From Acidobacteriaceae bacterium (lineage in GTDB: Bacteria; Acidobacteriota; Terriglobia; Bryobacterales; Bryobacteraceae): a DNA stretch of 64,000 nt. This document shows, in pieces, positions 21,112-31,358 of the stretch (the stretch's first letter is position 1; each line of letters begins with the position of its first letter). Location: NCBI GenBank assembly GCA_019240405.1, contig JAFAYL010000023.1, positions 34,498 through 98,497 on the forward strand. The letters are read 5' to 3'. The translations under genes were made by a program, and so were the position numbers. The notes under the pieces are model-generated. The model saw only the letters and a list, made by a program, of their open reading frames with translations, ran no database searches and was not told the DNA's origin.

Positions 21112-23049
21112 CTAGTCCCGCTTTACGACTGATACCGTAATCTGTGAGGGATGTTGTCGAGAGTGGTGAACGGCGTTGTGAGCTACCACGCCTGATGCTT
21201 CATCGTAATTATTTCCGCCCGTGTTCATGTTGCGATCGAAGCGCGGAAAGTTGCTGCTCGAGACCTCAATCCGTAGCCTGTGTCCTGCAGGGAAGAAATT
21301 ACTGGTTGTCATCGGCTGCAAAGTGAGTTTGTAGATTTTGTTTCTTTCCATCCACGCCAGCAGCTTGTCATAGCCATCGCGATAACGCGCTCGCTGGATG
21401 GTTTCGTCCAGGTTGTAAGCTTTGCCGTCAGGATAGACGTCTATCACTTTGACCGTGAAATCAGTGTCTTTAGCGTCCGATGAGACGTAAAGCGTCGCTT
21501 CCAACGGGCCGCTTACTTCGATTCCTTCTTTGAATGGATCGCTTGTGTAAACGAGGATGTCGAAGCGCGTTTCCGTTTTGCGCTGATCGAATGCGCCGCC
21601 CGTAACAGCATTGCCGGTGCAGCAAACGTTCCCGCCATACGAAGGGACCGGATTCATGGGGTCGTAGGTGAATGAATCTGGAGTGTCGTTGTTCGGAGCT
21701 GTTGCTGCCAGCACGCCATCACCGTACAGGCTATTCGCTTTACCACCGCTCCCGAGAAAAAAGGTCAAGGGCCGAGCGCCCTCGGGCGGCCATGTGTTCG
21801 AGGTCTGCCATTTATTCATGCCCATGGTGAAATAGCGAACCTTCGGCGTTTTTTCGAGGAAATGATTCTGCTCCCCTTTGAGGAAGTAATCGAACCAACC
21901 GTAAGTGAGCGCGTCATAATCCAGCCGAGCATCGCCCATGCTGCGCTCTCCGACCACAGTGTCTTCGGTGGCGCGCTTGTAGGAGCAATGAAGTGTGGGG
22001 GCGATCACCGCATATTGTTCGTTTGCGATTTCAGGCGGCGCGGTTTTACGGACATAGTTATAGGCGGCGAGGTTCGGGCCGACAGACACGTCGTACCACG
22101 ACATGAACCAGAAGCCGGGAATCTTTATCGGCATGCTGTCGTTCCATAACCCTCCGCGATACCATGCCGGATCGTTCGGCGGGCGCTTAATCATGGCGCC
22201 TCCTGTGGGGACCGGCATTGGATCCGCGAAAATGCCGTGTGGCCCGTCGAGCGCTTTGATGATGTCCATCTCGGGAAGGTGTTCTAGTGCTTTGGACCAA
22301 TCCGCGGGAGGCAGTTGTTGCGCGAGATCGAATGCTTTCGATGCACGAATCAAATCCTCTTGTGAGGTGTTCGGTGCGAACATGGGCCGGACCTGATTTT
22401 GCTCCCCATAGAGCCACGCTATGAAGAGCATTTGCACGGCTCCTCCTCGATACCAGTTGCCCTGCTCGTAGTACGGGCCGACACGGCCAACACCCGCGCC
22501 AAATCCTTGCACAATCAAGGTCGTGAATGCCGGATTATTTAACGCAGCGACACCTAACTGCCATTCGGCTGTAGAAGAGCAGCCGATTGTGCCGACTTTG
22601 CCGTTCGACCAGGGTTGGCTCGACATCCAAGTGAATTCGTCGTCGCCATCCGATCGCGGAGGGCCGAGGATGTCGTAATTTCCTTCCGAAAAGAAGTGGC
22701 CGCGCTCGTTGATTTCGACGAAGGCGTAGCCGCGCTTCACGGAGTCGAGCTCGTTGGTCATGTCACGTGGGGCGCCGAGTCTTACATCCCAGTAGTTGAA
22801 GTTGTAGGGCGTACGGACTAAGATGATCGGGTATTTCTTCGAGGTGTCCTTCGGGCGATAAATATCGGCGGCCATGCGCTTACCATCGCGCATCGAGATC
22901 ATCACCTTCCGGTCAATGATTGCTACGGACTCCAATTCTTTTTCGGTTGCGTTGCGTTTCGCGATGAGCTGAGCATCGGGATTTAATTGCTGGGCGAGCG
23001 AGCAGATGACAGAAGCGCAAGCGAGTGCAAGCAATGTGGTTGGTTTCAT
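21112..23049 (-). CDS. CocE/NonD family (S15 X-Pro dipeptidyl-peptidase-like) hydrolase, secreted
   Basis: Signal peptide [19 protein letters not shown], an alpha/beta-hydrolase core around [11 protein letters not shown], and a C-terminal jelly-roll region ([13 protein letters not shown]...). Confidence 0.7.
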   Translation of the reverse strand: MKPTTLLALACASVICSLAQQLNPDAQLIAKRNATEKELESVAIIDRKVMISMRDGKRMAADIYRPKDTSKKYPIILVRTPYNFNYWDVRLGAPRDMTNELDSVKRGYAFVEINERGHFFSEGNYDILGPPRSDGDDEFTWMSSQPWSNGKVGTIGCSSTAEWQLGVAALNNPAFTTLIVQGFGAGVGRVGPYYEQGNWYRGGAVQMLFIAWLYGEQNQVRPMFAPNTSQEDLIRASKAFDLAQQLPPADWSKALEHLPEMDIIKALDGPHGIFADPMPVPTGGAMIKRPPNDPAWYRGGLWNDSMPIKIPGFWFMSWYDVSVGPNLAAYNYVRKTAPPEIANEQYAVIAPTLHCSYKRATEDTVVGERSMGDARLDYDALTYGWFDYFLKGEQNHFLEKTPKVRYFTMGMNKWQTSNTWPPEGARPLTFFLGSGGKANSLYGDGVLAATAPNNDTPDSFTYDPMNPVPSYGGNVCCTGNAVTGGAFDQRKTETRFDILVYTSDPFKEGIEVSGPLEATLYVSSDAKDTDFTVKVIDVYPDGKAYNLDETIQRARYRDGYDKLLAWMERNKIYKLTLQPMTTSNFFPAGHRLRIEVSSSNFPRFDRNMNTGGNNYDEASGVVAHNAVHHSRQHPSQITVSVVKRD

Positions 23050-23123
23050 CGTAGAGGAGTCCAGTTTACACAGAGGGGCACAAGCACCGTGTGTAGAAGC
23101 GGCCGTTGCGGAGGCGTGAGGCG

Positions 23124-23624
23124 CTACGGTGCGCCAGCGGGTAGAGGATTGTGCTGGGATGGCGCAGCGCCGGTTTCTGGAAGCGGAACAAGCATCTGCT
23201 CTTTGCGGTAGATCAGCGTGGAAGTGTCATACGCCGCTAGCTCGAAGCCGTGGCCGTGGGTGATGGCGTCGGTCGGGCAGGCCTCGACGCAGTAGCCGCA
23301 AAATATGCAGCGATTGTAGTCGATGTTGTAGACCTTCGCGTATCGCTCTGCGCCGCTGAAACGCTGTTCGTGGGTATTCTCGGCGGCTTCGATATAAATG
23401 CAATCGGCCGGACATGCCGCGGCGCAAAGAAAGCAAGCGACGCATTTTTCGAGGCCGTTTTCATCGCGTTGCAGCACGTGAGCGCCGCGATAACGCTCCT
23501 CAAGATGAGCTGGGCCGTCCGGGTACTCTTCTGTAATTGCCGGAGAGAGCATCTCGCGGAAGGTGATACTCATGCCTTTCGCAATTGCGGCAGCACCTTC
23601 GATGACCTCGCCGAGGGTCGGCAT
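23124..23624 (-). CDS. nuoI: NADH-quinone oxidoreductase subunit I (2x[4Fe-4S] ferredoxin), stand-alone
   Basis: [16 protein letters not shown] and [16 protein letters not shown], plus NuoI-type flanks (ITFREM...EEYP, RYRG.H.L). Confidence 0.8.
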   Translation of the reverse strand: MPTLGEVIEGAAAIAKGMSITFREMLSPAITEEYPDGPAHLEERYRGAHVLQRDENGLEKCVACFLCAAACPADCIYIEAAENTHEQRFSGAERYAKVYNIDYNRCIFCGYCVEACPTDAITHGHGFELAAYDTSTLIYRKEQMLVPLPETGAAPSQHNPLPAGAP

Positions 23625-23655
23625 GTTGTTTTCAGGTTAGCGCAGCATCGGCGAA

Positions 23656-24108
23656 TTACGGCTCGGGTTTGGGCTCGGGCAGCGGTTCGGCTCCCAGATG
23701 TTGCGTCTCATCTGGCTGCGATTTCACGAACTCGAGAATGTCGAAAGGCTTTCTTTCGCGATCTGGAAAAAAGCTATTGATTGCGGCTTGCTCGTCATCG
23801 AAGATCTCGAATATGGTTGAGAGCTTCGTCAGAATGAGGAGTTGGATATTGCGCCTGGAGGGGCGAAGCAGTTTCACGCCTCCACCGGCTCTGGTGGCCT
23901 GGGTATGCGCCACGACGAGCGTTCCTAAGCCGCTGCTATCGATGAAATGGACATGCTGCAAATCAAGAATGATGGACTTGTGTCCGGCCTCGAGCTCTTG
24001 CGTGACTCTCTGGCGCAGCTCGGCGGCGTCAGCGCCTGCGACGAGGCGGCCGTGTAATTCGAGGAGTGTGATGCCTTCAACTTCCCTTTCAGTTATCTCA
24101 AGCGCCAT
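23656..24108 (-). CDS. STAS-domain anti-sigma-factor antagonist (SpoIIAA-like)
   Basis: LLELHGRLVAG..., LDLQHVHFIDSSGLGTLV with a phosphorylatable-Ser context. Length 150 aa. Confidence 0.75.
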   Translation of the reverse strand: MALEITEREVEGITLLELHGRLVAGADAAELRQRVTQELEAGHKSIILDLQHVHFIDSSGLGTLVVAHTQATRAGGGVKLLRPSRRNIQLLILTKLSTIFEIFDDEQAAINSFFPDRERKPFDILEFVKSQPDETQHLGAEPLPEPKPEP

Positions 24109-24273
24109 GGATTGAACCCACTATAACCTTCGCTGACTTGGGGGTTTGGAATGGGCGGTTGGCTGTCAGTGTGTGCGCGTGATCACGAAATACTCCCGCA
24201 GCTTGCGAAATCTAGATCTCAGCAGAAGGGCTTGGAGTTAAAGTAATTAGTACTTGTCCGGAGGGGGACACTG

Positions 24274-25284
24274 ATGCTTGCGCTTGCTGCACTCGCCTGG
24301 TTGCAGAGCCCGACGCCAGCGCTTACCGAGCACCGTATCGCGAATATCTTTAAGCCTCTCGCGTCCCCGGCGGAATCGGAATATCAGATTGCATTATTTT
24401 CGTTCGTGATCACCGGGGCAATTTTTGTCGCTGTCGCCGGGCTCATTATCTACACCATGGTTCGGTTTCGGCGCCGGCGTGACGATGACACCCGCCAAGA
24501 GCCGCCGCAGGTCTATGGGAGCAATCAAATTGAGGCTGCCTGGACCGTAATTCCGATTTTGATTGTGTTTGTGCTGATCGGGGTCACGGCGCGCGTAGTT
24601 GCGAGTGTGGAGAATGCTAGTCCGCCGGCCTCGACCGTGAAGCTTACGCTGATTGGGCATCAGTGGTGGTGGGAGGTGCAGTACCCGGATTTCGGAGTCG
24701 TCACGGCTAACGAGATTCATGTTCCGGTTTCAAGAGACGGCGCGCATACGGCGACATACCTGCAGCTAGAGAGCGTGGACGTGATTCACAGTTTTTGGGT
24801 GCCGCAGCTTTCCGGCAAGACGGACTTGATTCCGAACCGGGACAATTTCTTGTGGATCGATCCACGTGAACCTGGTGTTTACCTGGGCAATTGCGCTGAG
24901 TATTGCGGCACTCAGCACGCGAATATGCTGCTTCGAGTGATTGCGGAAGAGCGAAGCGATTTCGAGAGATGGGCGGCGGAGCAGCGACGGCCAGCGGAAC
25001 AAGACGGGCAAATAGGCGAAGCGAGAGCCACATTTGAATCGTTGTCGTGCGTGAATTGCCACACGGTGAAGGGCACAGCCGCAGCGGGCAAGTTCGGCCC
25101 CGATCTTACGCACTTGATGAGCAGGCAAACGCTCGGCGCAGGAGTGTTGGCCAATACAGGGGCAAATCTTCGAGCATGGGTCAACGACCCTCAACAATCG
25201 AAACCGGGTTGCTTCATGCCGAGCATGAAACTGACCGATCGAGAGCTCGATCAGGTTGTGGCGTATTTACAGACCCTGAAATAG
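24274..25284 (+). CDS. ctaC: cytochrome c oxidase subunit II with fused cytochrome c domain (caa3 type)
   Basis: Two TM helices, the CuA site HSFWVPQL...CAEYCGTQHANM, and a C-terminal CVNCH haem-c motif with distal MPSM. Confidence 0.9.
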   Translation: MLALAALAWLQSPTPALTEHRIANIFKPLASPAESEYQIALFSFVITGAIFVAVAGLIIYTMVRFRRRRDDDTRQEPPQVYGSNQIEAAWTVIPILIVFVLIGVTARVVASVENASPPASTVKLTLIGHQWWWEVQYPDFGVVTANEIHVPVSRDGAHTATYLQLESVDVIHSFWVPQLSGKTDLIPNRDNFLWIDPREPGVYLGNCAEYCGTQHANMLLRVIAEERSDFERWAAEQRRPAEQDGQIGEARATFESLSCVNCHTVKGTAAAGKFGPDLTHLMSRQTLGAGVLANTGANLRAWVNDPQQSKPGCFMPSMKLTDRELDQVVAYLQTLK

Positions 25285-25297
25285 GGGAGGCAGGAAT

Positions 25298-26977
25298 TTG
25301 GCGTCGATAGATTATCCACTCGAGAGGCCGGAGGCCGCGCCACGCGAGTTCTCTTTCTCGGAGAGCCTCTACAAGTGGGTGGCGACGGTAGATCACAAGC
25401 GGTTGGGTTTGATGTACATGGTTTCAGCGTTGGTCTTTCTGGTGATCGCTGGAATCATGGCATCGGTAATGCGGCTGCAACTGGCGGTTCCCAACAACCA
25501 CCTGGTCGGGCCGGCAACATTCAATCGCCTCTTCACGATGCATGGGACGACGATGGTTTTTCTTGTGGGGATGCCGATCGTTGCGGGCATGGCGAATTAT
25601 TTGGTTCCGTTGATGATTGGCGCGCGGGATATGGCGTTCCCGCGACTCAATGCTTTCGGTTTCTGGATCTTTCTTTTTGGCGGGGTGCTTCTCTATTACA
25701 GCTATTTGGGCGGCAGCGGATTATCGGGGGCGGGCTCGGCTCCAGATGTGGGGTGGTTCGCTTACGCGCCGCTCACAGAGAAAGCGTTCTCGCATGGGGC
25801 GAGCACAGATTTCTGGGCTCTCGGCGTGCTGGTTTCCGGATTCGGGAGCATTGCGAGCGCGATCAACGTGATTGCGACATGCGTGTCGCTGCGGTGTCCC
25901 GGAATGACGTTGGCGCGCATGCCCGTTTTTGTTTGGGTGATGTTAGTCGACGCCTGGCTGGTGCTGGTTGTGCTTCCGCCGCTCTCGGCCGCGCAGATCA
26001 TGCTGTTACTCGATCGCTTCTTAGGCGCGCACTTTTTCGATACACAATTCGGCGGGTCGGCGGTGTTATGGCAGCACATGTTTTGGATCTTCGGACACCC
26101 GGAAGTGTACATTTTGATCTTTCCAGCCTTTGGGACTTTGTCGGAGGTGATCCCGATCTTTGCGCGAAAACCGATTTTCGGAAGGCCTGCGATGGTTGGG
26201 GCGGTGGTAGCGATCGGGTTCATCAGTCTCGGAGTTTGGGCGCACCACATGTTTGCGATTGGCATGACCTCGTGGTCGAATACGTTTTTTGCGGCTGCGA
26301 GCATGCTGGTGGGCGTGCCGACCGGAATAAAGATTTTCAACTGGACCGCGACGATGTACGGCGGCAAGATTCGGTTCGCCGTTTCGATGATGTTCTGTTG
26401 CGGATTCCTGTTACAGTTTCTGGTCGCGGGATTGACCGGAATCATGTTGGCGATTGCGCCATTCGACTGGCAGCTTCATGATTCTTACTTCGTGGTTGCG
26501 CACTTCCATTTCACGTTGATCGGCGGTCTGGTGTTTGGGGTATTCGCTGGGATTTATTACTGGTTCCCGAAGGTCACGGGCAAGATGCTGAGCGAGACGC
26601 TTGGCAAGTGGCACTTCTGGCTGTTCTGCATCGGTTTCAATCTGACATTCATTCCCTTGCACTTTGCAGGAATGCTGGGCATGCCGCGACGCATTTACAC
26701 CTACGCAGCGGGGCGGGGTTGGGAATCGTGGAACACGATTGCTACGATCGGCGTTTTTTTCCAGATTGCGGGGATTGCGTGTTTTGCATGGAATGTGATT
26801 CAGTCAGTCAGATCGGGCAAAGCGGCAGGTGACGATCCATGGGATGCGTGGACGCTCGAATGGGCGACGACATCGCCTCCACCCGAGTACAATTTCGAGA
26901 AACTTCCGGTTGTACGCAGCAGCCGGCCGTTATGGGATTTAAAGCATCCGCAAGATCCCGATTGGAAGTACGACTAG
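25298..26977 (+). CDS. ctaD: cytochrome c oxidase subunit I
   Basis: WIFGHPEVYILIFPAFG and WAHHMFAIGM, with 12 TM-like segments. TTG start 4 nt downstream of a GGGAGGCAGG RBS (25285-25294). Confidence 0.95.
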   Translation: MASIDYPLERPEAAPREFSFSESLYKWVATVDHKRLGLMYMVSALVFLVIAGIMASVMRLQLAVPNNHLVGPATFNRLFTMHGTTMVFLVGMPIVAGMANYLVPLMIGARDMAFPRLNAFGFWIFLFGGVLLYYSYLGGSGLSGAGSAPDVGWFAYAPLTEKAFSHGASTDFWALGVLVSGFGSIASAINVIATCVSLRCPGMTLARMPVFVWVMLVDAWLVLVVLPPLSAAQIMLLLDRFLGAHFFDTQFGGSAVLWQHMFWIFGHPEVYILIFPAFGTLSEVIPIFARKPIFGRPAMVGAVVAIGFISLGVWAHHMFAIGMTSWSNTFFAAASMLVGVPTGIKIFNWTATMYGGKIRFAVSMMFCCGFLLQFLVAGLTGIMLAIAPFDWQLHDSYFVVAHFHFTLIGGLVFGVFAGIYYWFPKVTGKMLSETLGKWHFWLFCIGFNLTFIPLHFAGMLGMPRRIYTYAAGRGWESWNTIATIGVFFQIAGIACFAWNVIQSVRSGKAAGDDPWDAWTLEWATTSPPPEYNFEKLPVVRSSRPLWDLKHPQDPDWKYD

Positions 26978-26987
26978 AGAGAACGAG

Positions 26988-27593
26988 ATGGCGGCCTCAG
27001 CGATAGTACCTCCAAGCCCTGAATTGCTCGAAAGCGAATGGAAAACGCCGGATCGGGGCAAGGTTGGAATCACCTTTCTGATCCTGACGGAGACCTCGCT
27101 GTTCACGATGTTTGTCGCGACGTACCTGATTTACATCGGCAAGAGCCTGACTGGGCCATATCCGAAAGATGTTCTCGAAATTCCGATTTTGGCGACGATC
27201 TGTTTGCTCTCGAGCAGCGGAACGATCGTGTTTGCGGAACATGCCTTAGAGAGGGAAGAGCTTGGGCGGTTTAAAGTGTGGTGGCTGGCGACGCTATTGC
27301 TCGGCTTGATTTTCCTGGCTTATACCGGCATCGAGTGGCGCCACCTCATTTATGTCGACCACCTTACGATCAGCACGAACCTGTTCGGCACAACGTTCTA
27401 TTCGCTTGTTGGGTTGCACGCAAGCCACGTGATTGTCGGCGCGGTCTTTCTGACATTGGTTTTAGTTGTGACGCTGCGAGGGTTTCCGATCGCGACTCAA
27501 AAAAGGCGAGTCATGTTTCTGTCGTGGTACTGGCACTTTGTGGACGCGGTATGGGTGGTCGTTTTTACGGTGGTTTATATCATCGGCCGTTGA
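26988..27593 (+). CDS. ctaE: cytochrome c oxidase subunit III
   Basis: Five-helix short subunit III pattern (FYSLVGLHASHVIVG, WYWHFVDAVWV). Confidence 0.85.
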   Translation: MAASAIVPPSPELLESEWKTPDRGKVGITFLILTETSLFTMFVATYLIYIGKSLTGPYPKDVLEIPILATICLLSSSGTIVFAEHALEREELGRFKVWWLATLLLGLIFLAYTGIEWRHLIYVDHLTISTNLFGTTFYSLVGLHASHVIVGAVFLTLVLVVTLRGFPIATQKRRVMFLSWYWHFVDAVWVVVFTVVYIIGR

Positions 27594-27609
27594 TTAAGGG
27601 ATAAGCTAC

Positions 27610-28479
27610 ATGGCTGCCGATACGCATCACGGTGAAGCGGGAGAGCGGACCGAAAGAACGCATGTAATATTACCTGCGCCTACCTCCTGGCCCATGGTGT
27701 TTGCGTTTGGAGTCACGCTTCTATTTGCCGGGATGGTGACGCAGTGGGTGGTGGGGGTTGTGGGTCTGATCATTACGGCGCGGGCGGCTGTAGGTTGGTG
27801 GCGGAACGTGATTCCGGTTGAGGAGCATGAGGAAGTGCCAATCGATCCTGCGCTGCGCCCTGCGCCAATTATGGTGGAAGCGCGGTCGGTGGTGCGTTTA
27901 GCGGCGGGGGAAGCGGGACACCGCGTGCGGATTCCGGAAGAGATCCATCCTTACTCAGCGGGTTTTTGGGGTGGGTTGGCGGGCGGCGCGGCGATGGCGG
28001 CACTGGCGTGCCTTTACGGGCTGGTTGCGCAACACAGTATCTGGTATCCGATAAATCTGCTGGCGGGCACCGTGATTCCCGATCTGGGTAACGCCACTGT
28101 CGAGCAATTGCGAGCGTTTAATGGCCTGGCGTTTTTTGCAGCGCTCGTGGGACATGTGGTTATTTCGGTTCTGGTCGGAATCGTGTACGCCGTGATGCTG
28201 CCGATGTTTCCCAAATACGCGCCGTTCTGGGCCGGAATTTTGGTTCCGCTGATTTGGACGGGCTTGGTGGCAACGGTTCTCAATCTCATCAATCCAGTGA
28301 TGGTGGGCCGCATCAACTGGCCCTGGTTTGTGGTGTGCCAGCTCGCGTTCGGATTAGTTGGCGGATATGTGATCGCGCGCAGCACGAAGATTCAAACCAT
28401 GCAGTCGTGGGGCTTGGCTGAGCGTGCGTTCATCGAAGCGCCGGGTCTGAAACCGCCACGCGAGGAAGATCGCGAATAA
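27610..28479 (+). CDS. uncharacterised ~6-TM membrane protein embedded in the oxidase/bc operon
   Basis: About six hydrophobic segments and no cofactor motif recognised. Lies 16 nt after ctaE, and its stop overlaps the next ATG (TAATG). Confidence 0.6.
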   Translation: MAADTHHGEAGERTERTHVILPAPTSWPMVFAFGVTLLFAGMVTQWVVGVVGLIITARAAVGWWRNVIPVEEHEEVPIDPALRPAPIMVEARSVVRLAAGEAGHRVRIPEEIHPYSAGFWGGLAGGAAMAALACLYGLVAQHSIWYPINLLAGTVIPDLGNATVEQLRAFNGLAFFAALVGHVVISVLVGIVYAVMLPMFPKYAPFWAGILVPLIWTGLVATVLNLINPVMVGRINWPWFVVCQLAFGLVGGYVIARSTKIQTMQSWGLAERAFIEAPGLKPPREEDRE

Positions 28480-29324
28480 TGCCGATGGCTGCGGCTCGCG
28501 GGGTGCGCAAAGAATACTCGTTTGCGGCGATTGCTCTGGTTGGTTTCCTAAGTTTGACAGCGTGCGGCAAGCCGACCGAACGGCCGATTATGCCGCCAGA
28601 TGTGACGGACTTTAAGACTCTCTTCTCAGAAAATTGCGCGGGTTGCCATGGCATGGACGGAAAGAATGGCCCGGTTCGGCCGCTGAACGATCCGCTTTAT
28701 CTTACGCTCATTCCCAGGGAAACGCTCGAACATACAATCGAGAACGGTGTTCCTGGTACCGCGATGCCTGCATGGGCTCGCGATCAGGGTGGCCCGCTCT
28801 ATCCGAAACAAATAACCGCGCTTGTGGATGGAATTGAAAGCAACTGGACGAAGTCTGTCACCCTGGGCAGCACCAAGCTCCCGTCTTATGATGCGGGCGG
28901 GGATGCGGGCGACGCGGCGCACGGAAAGCAGATCTTCGTGAGGAGCTGCTTCATGTGCCACGGCAAGGGCGCGAAAATTGGTCTGGTTACGGATCCGTCA
29001 TACCTCGCGCTGGTGAGCGATCAGAATTTGCGGACATCGATTATTGCGGGACGGTCCGACTTGGGAATGCCGGACTGGCGGTTTCTGAATCTGGGGCATG
29101 CGCTTACAGATCAGGAGATTTCGGATATTGTGGCCTATCTTGCCTCCTTGCGGCCGCAAGGCGCGCAGACGGCGACGCATGTTGTTGAGAGTGGAAGCGG
29201 CCAGACGGGAGCGAGGACAACGGGCAACGAAGGAAGTGGAAACGGACCGGGTAGTCCGGAGAATCAAACTGCAAATCAAGGTAGTGGAGGGAAGGGAGTC
29301 GGGAATGCACGAACCAAGCAGTGA
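28479..29324 (+). CDS. dihaem cytochrome c lipoprotein
   Basis: Lipobox LSLTAC, two CXXCH sites (CAGCH, CFMCH), and a low-complexity Gly/Ser/Asn tail. Confidence 0.85.
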   Translation: MPMAAARGVRKEYSFAAIALVGFLSLTACGKPTERPIMPPDVTDFKTLFSENCAGCHGMDGKNGPVRPLNDPLYLTLIPRETLEHTIENGVPGTAMPAWARDQGGPLYPKQITALVDGIESNWTKSVTLGSTKLPSYDAGGDAGDAAHGKQIFVRSCFMCHGKGAKIGLVTDPSYLALVSDQNLRTSIIAGRSDLGMPDWRFLNLGHALTDQEISDIVAYLASLRPQGAQTATHVVESGSGQTGARTTGNEGSGNGPGSPENQTANQGSGGKGVGNARTKQ

Positions 29325-29841
29325 GGCGGAGAAGGTCAAGGAGAGTAATCCTCCCTCGCGACGGGATTGGCTTTTCGCTGCGGGACTGGCTGTAAATGTG
29401 GCCGCAGGGGTGTTGCTTGCGATACCGCTGGTCGGATTTGTGTTTTCGAGTTTCGTGCAAAGAAAAGATCCGCGCGATTGGATTCCGCTCGGCCGGCTGG
29501 ACGAGTTCCCGGAAGGAAAGACGCGCATTGCCAATTACCGGAATCCATACACGCGGCCGTGGGATGGACAGACGGCGAACATTCCATGCTGGGTGCGGCA
29601 CATTCAAGGCAATCAGTTTCAGGTGTTCGCAGTGAACTGTACGCACCTTGGGTGCCCGGTGCGGTGGTTTCAGGAATCGGGGCTGTTTATGTGTCCGTGC
29701 CACGGCGGCGTGTATTACGAAGACGGGGCGCGGGCTTCAGGGCCGCCGCCTCGGGGACTGTTTCAGTACACGTATAAGGTGGAAAACGGGCAACTGTGGA
29801 TTAAGGGCGGGGAAATGCCGACGCTGGCGAACCCGGCGTAA
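29305..29841 (+). CDS. Rieske [2Fe-2S] subunit of a cytochrome bc-type complex (Tat signal anchor)
   Basis: SRRDWLFAAGLAV twin-arginine anchor, with CTHLGCPV and CPCHGG cluster boxes. ATG at 29305 preferred over the track start at 29098, which lies inside the cytochrome c gene. Confidence 0.85.
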   Translation: MHEPSSEAEKVKESNPPSRRDWLFAAGLAVNVAAGVLLAIPLVGFVFSSFVQRKDPRDWIPLGRLDEFPEGKTRIANYRNPYTRPWDGQTANIPCWVRHIQGNQFQVFAVNCTHLGCPVRWFQESGLFMCPCHGGVYYEDGARASGPPPRGLFQYTYKVENGQLWIKGGEMPTLANPA

Positions 29842-29852
29842 CGCAGAAGGGC

Positions 29853-31355
29853 ATGGATAGGGCTCGTAAAATAGCGCTTTGGTTGGATGACCGGCTGCGC
29901 ATTAGCGCGCTCTTTGCTTCGACGGCAGGCCACGAAGTGCCGGCGAGCGCAGGGAGCTGGTTTTACGTGTTCGGCAGCGCGACGTTGCTGTGCTTTGTCA
30001 TTCAGATCATTACGGGCGCGTGCCTGGCCTTCGTCTATATTCCATCGACTAACGAAGCTTGGACGAGTCTCCAATATCTGAATCACGCGCAATTCTTGGG
30101 ATGGTATTTGCGCGCCGTACACAATTGGGGATCGAATTTCATGGTGGCGATTATGACGCTGCACATGATTCAGGTGTTTCTGTTTGGTGCGTACAAATAT
30201 CCGCGTGAGATGACCTGGATCAGCGGGGTTTGTTTGCTGCTGCTGACACTGGGGATGGCATTCACGGGCGAGGTGATGCGCTTCGATCAGGATGCCTATT
30301 GGGGTCTCGGGATTGGAGCTTCGGTGATGGCGCGGGTGCCTCTCGTCGGGGCGCAGCTTGTCCACCTGATGCTTGCAGGTCCCATAATCGCGGGCGAAAC
30401 GCTCTCGCGCTTTTTCACACTTCACGTGTTCATTATTCCTGGCTTGATCATCGCGATCGTCAGTTTGCATCTGCGGCTGGTGTTGACAAAGGGAATTAAT
30501 GAATATCCGAAACCGGGGCATCCGGTTCATAAGGCCACGTACGATCGTGAGTACGCCGAAATTCTGAAGAAGGAAGGCGTGCCCTTTGTGCCGCACGCGA
30601 TTGGCAAGGATCTGATCTTCGCGGCGATTGTTATTGTCGGAATTCTTGGGTGCGCGCTCATATTCGGGCCGAGGGGTCCCGCCGGGCCGCCCGACCCAAC
30701 GATTGTCGATACGAATCCTCGACCGGATTTCTATTTTCTTTCGGTTTTTGCCGCGTTGGCTCTGGTTCCGGACTGGATGGAGGTGTTTGTACTATTCGTC
30801 GCGCCCGCACTGCTGATAGCGTTTCTGATTGCCCTGCCGTTTATCTCAGGGACAGGGGAAAAGAGCGCGCGGCGGCGGCCCGTTGCGGTTCTGATCGTCA
30901 TTTTCATCATGCTGGTTTTGGGCGTGCTGACGTATTTGGGACAGACGTCACCGTGGTCGCCGCACATGTCGGCTTGGAGCGGCGCGCCGATTCCAGTGAA
31001 TTACGTGAAAGGGAGAACACCGCTCGAGCTGCGAGGCGCGGCAATTTTCCAAAATAAGCAGTGCCGAACTTGTCACTCGCTGGGCGGCGAAGGCGGCCAA
31101 CGCGGGCCGGCGCTCGATGAGATCGCCACAATTATGACCAGAGATGAAATGGTGCGGCAGATCATTCAGGGCAGCGGCAATATGCCGGCTTACGGTAAGA
31201 AGCTCAGTCCCGCCGAAGTGGAGGCGCTGGTGGCATTCATGGAAACACTGCATCCTCTGAGCGTGCCGCCGGTTCGCAATTCCGATCGCCCGGAGAACCG
31301 GCTACCGCGAGACGTGGCGATGGTTAGACCCGCGACGGGGCGGCTTAACCGGTAA
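29853..31355 (+). CDS. cytochrome b (b6 plus subunit IV-like, unsplit) with C-terminal monohaem cytochrome c domain
   Basis: Cytochrome b helices with conserved His (AIMTLHMIQVF, FFTLHVFIIPG), a PDFY in place of the Qo-site PEWY, and a C-terminal CRTCH with a later NMPAY. Confidence 0.85.
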   Translation: MDRARKIALWLDDRLRISALFASTAGHEVPASAGSWFYVFGSATLLCFVIQIITGACLAFVYIPSTNEAWTSLQYLNHAQFLGWYLRAVHNWGSNFMVAIMTLHMIQVFLFGAYKYPREMTWISGVCLLLLTLGMAFTGEVMRFDQDAYWGLGIGASVMARVPLVGAQLVHLMLAGPIIAGETLSRFFTLHVFIIPGLIIAIVSLHLRLVLTKGINEYPKPGHPVHKATYDREYAEILKKEGVPFVPHAIGKDLIFAAIVIVGILGCALIFGPRGPAGPPDPTIVDTNPRPDFYFLSVFAALALVPDWMEVFVLFVAPALLIAFLIALPFISGTGEKSARRRPVAVLIVIFIMLVLGVLTYLGQTSPWSPHMSAWSGAPIPVNYVKGRTPLELRGAAIFQNKQCRTCHSLGGEGGQRGPALDEIATIMTRDEMVRQIIQGSGNMPAYGKKLSPAEVEALVAFMETLHPLSVPPVRNSDRPENRLPRDVAMVRPATGRLNR

Positions 31356-31358
31356 TTT

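Noticed and set aside
24178-24187. Perfect 10-bp palindrome CGTGATCACG, plus an 8-bp ATCTAGAT at about 24209-24216, upstream of ctaC. Considered as an oxygen or redox regulator site.
   Set aside because: The chance expectation for one such palindrome in a 165-nt spacer is roughly 0.1-0.2, and it does not match FNR (TTGAT-N4-ATCAA) or CRP half-sites. It is worth rechecking only if conserved in relatives.
25375-26481. 368-aa plus-strand ORF in an alternative frame inside ctaD.
   Set aside because: It lies entirely within the strongly supported subunit I gene and has a Gly/Arg/Asp-rich composition typical of off-frame translation of GC-rich coding DNA.
29763-30596. 277-aa minus-strand ORF antisense to cytochrome b.
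   Set aside because: Antisense to a gene with conserved haem-ligand helices, and its composition (Arg/His/Gln-rich) is not protein-like.
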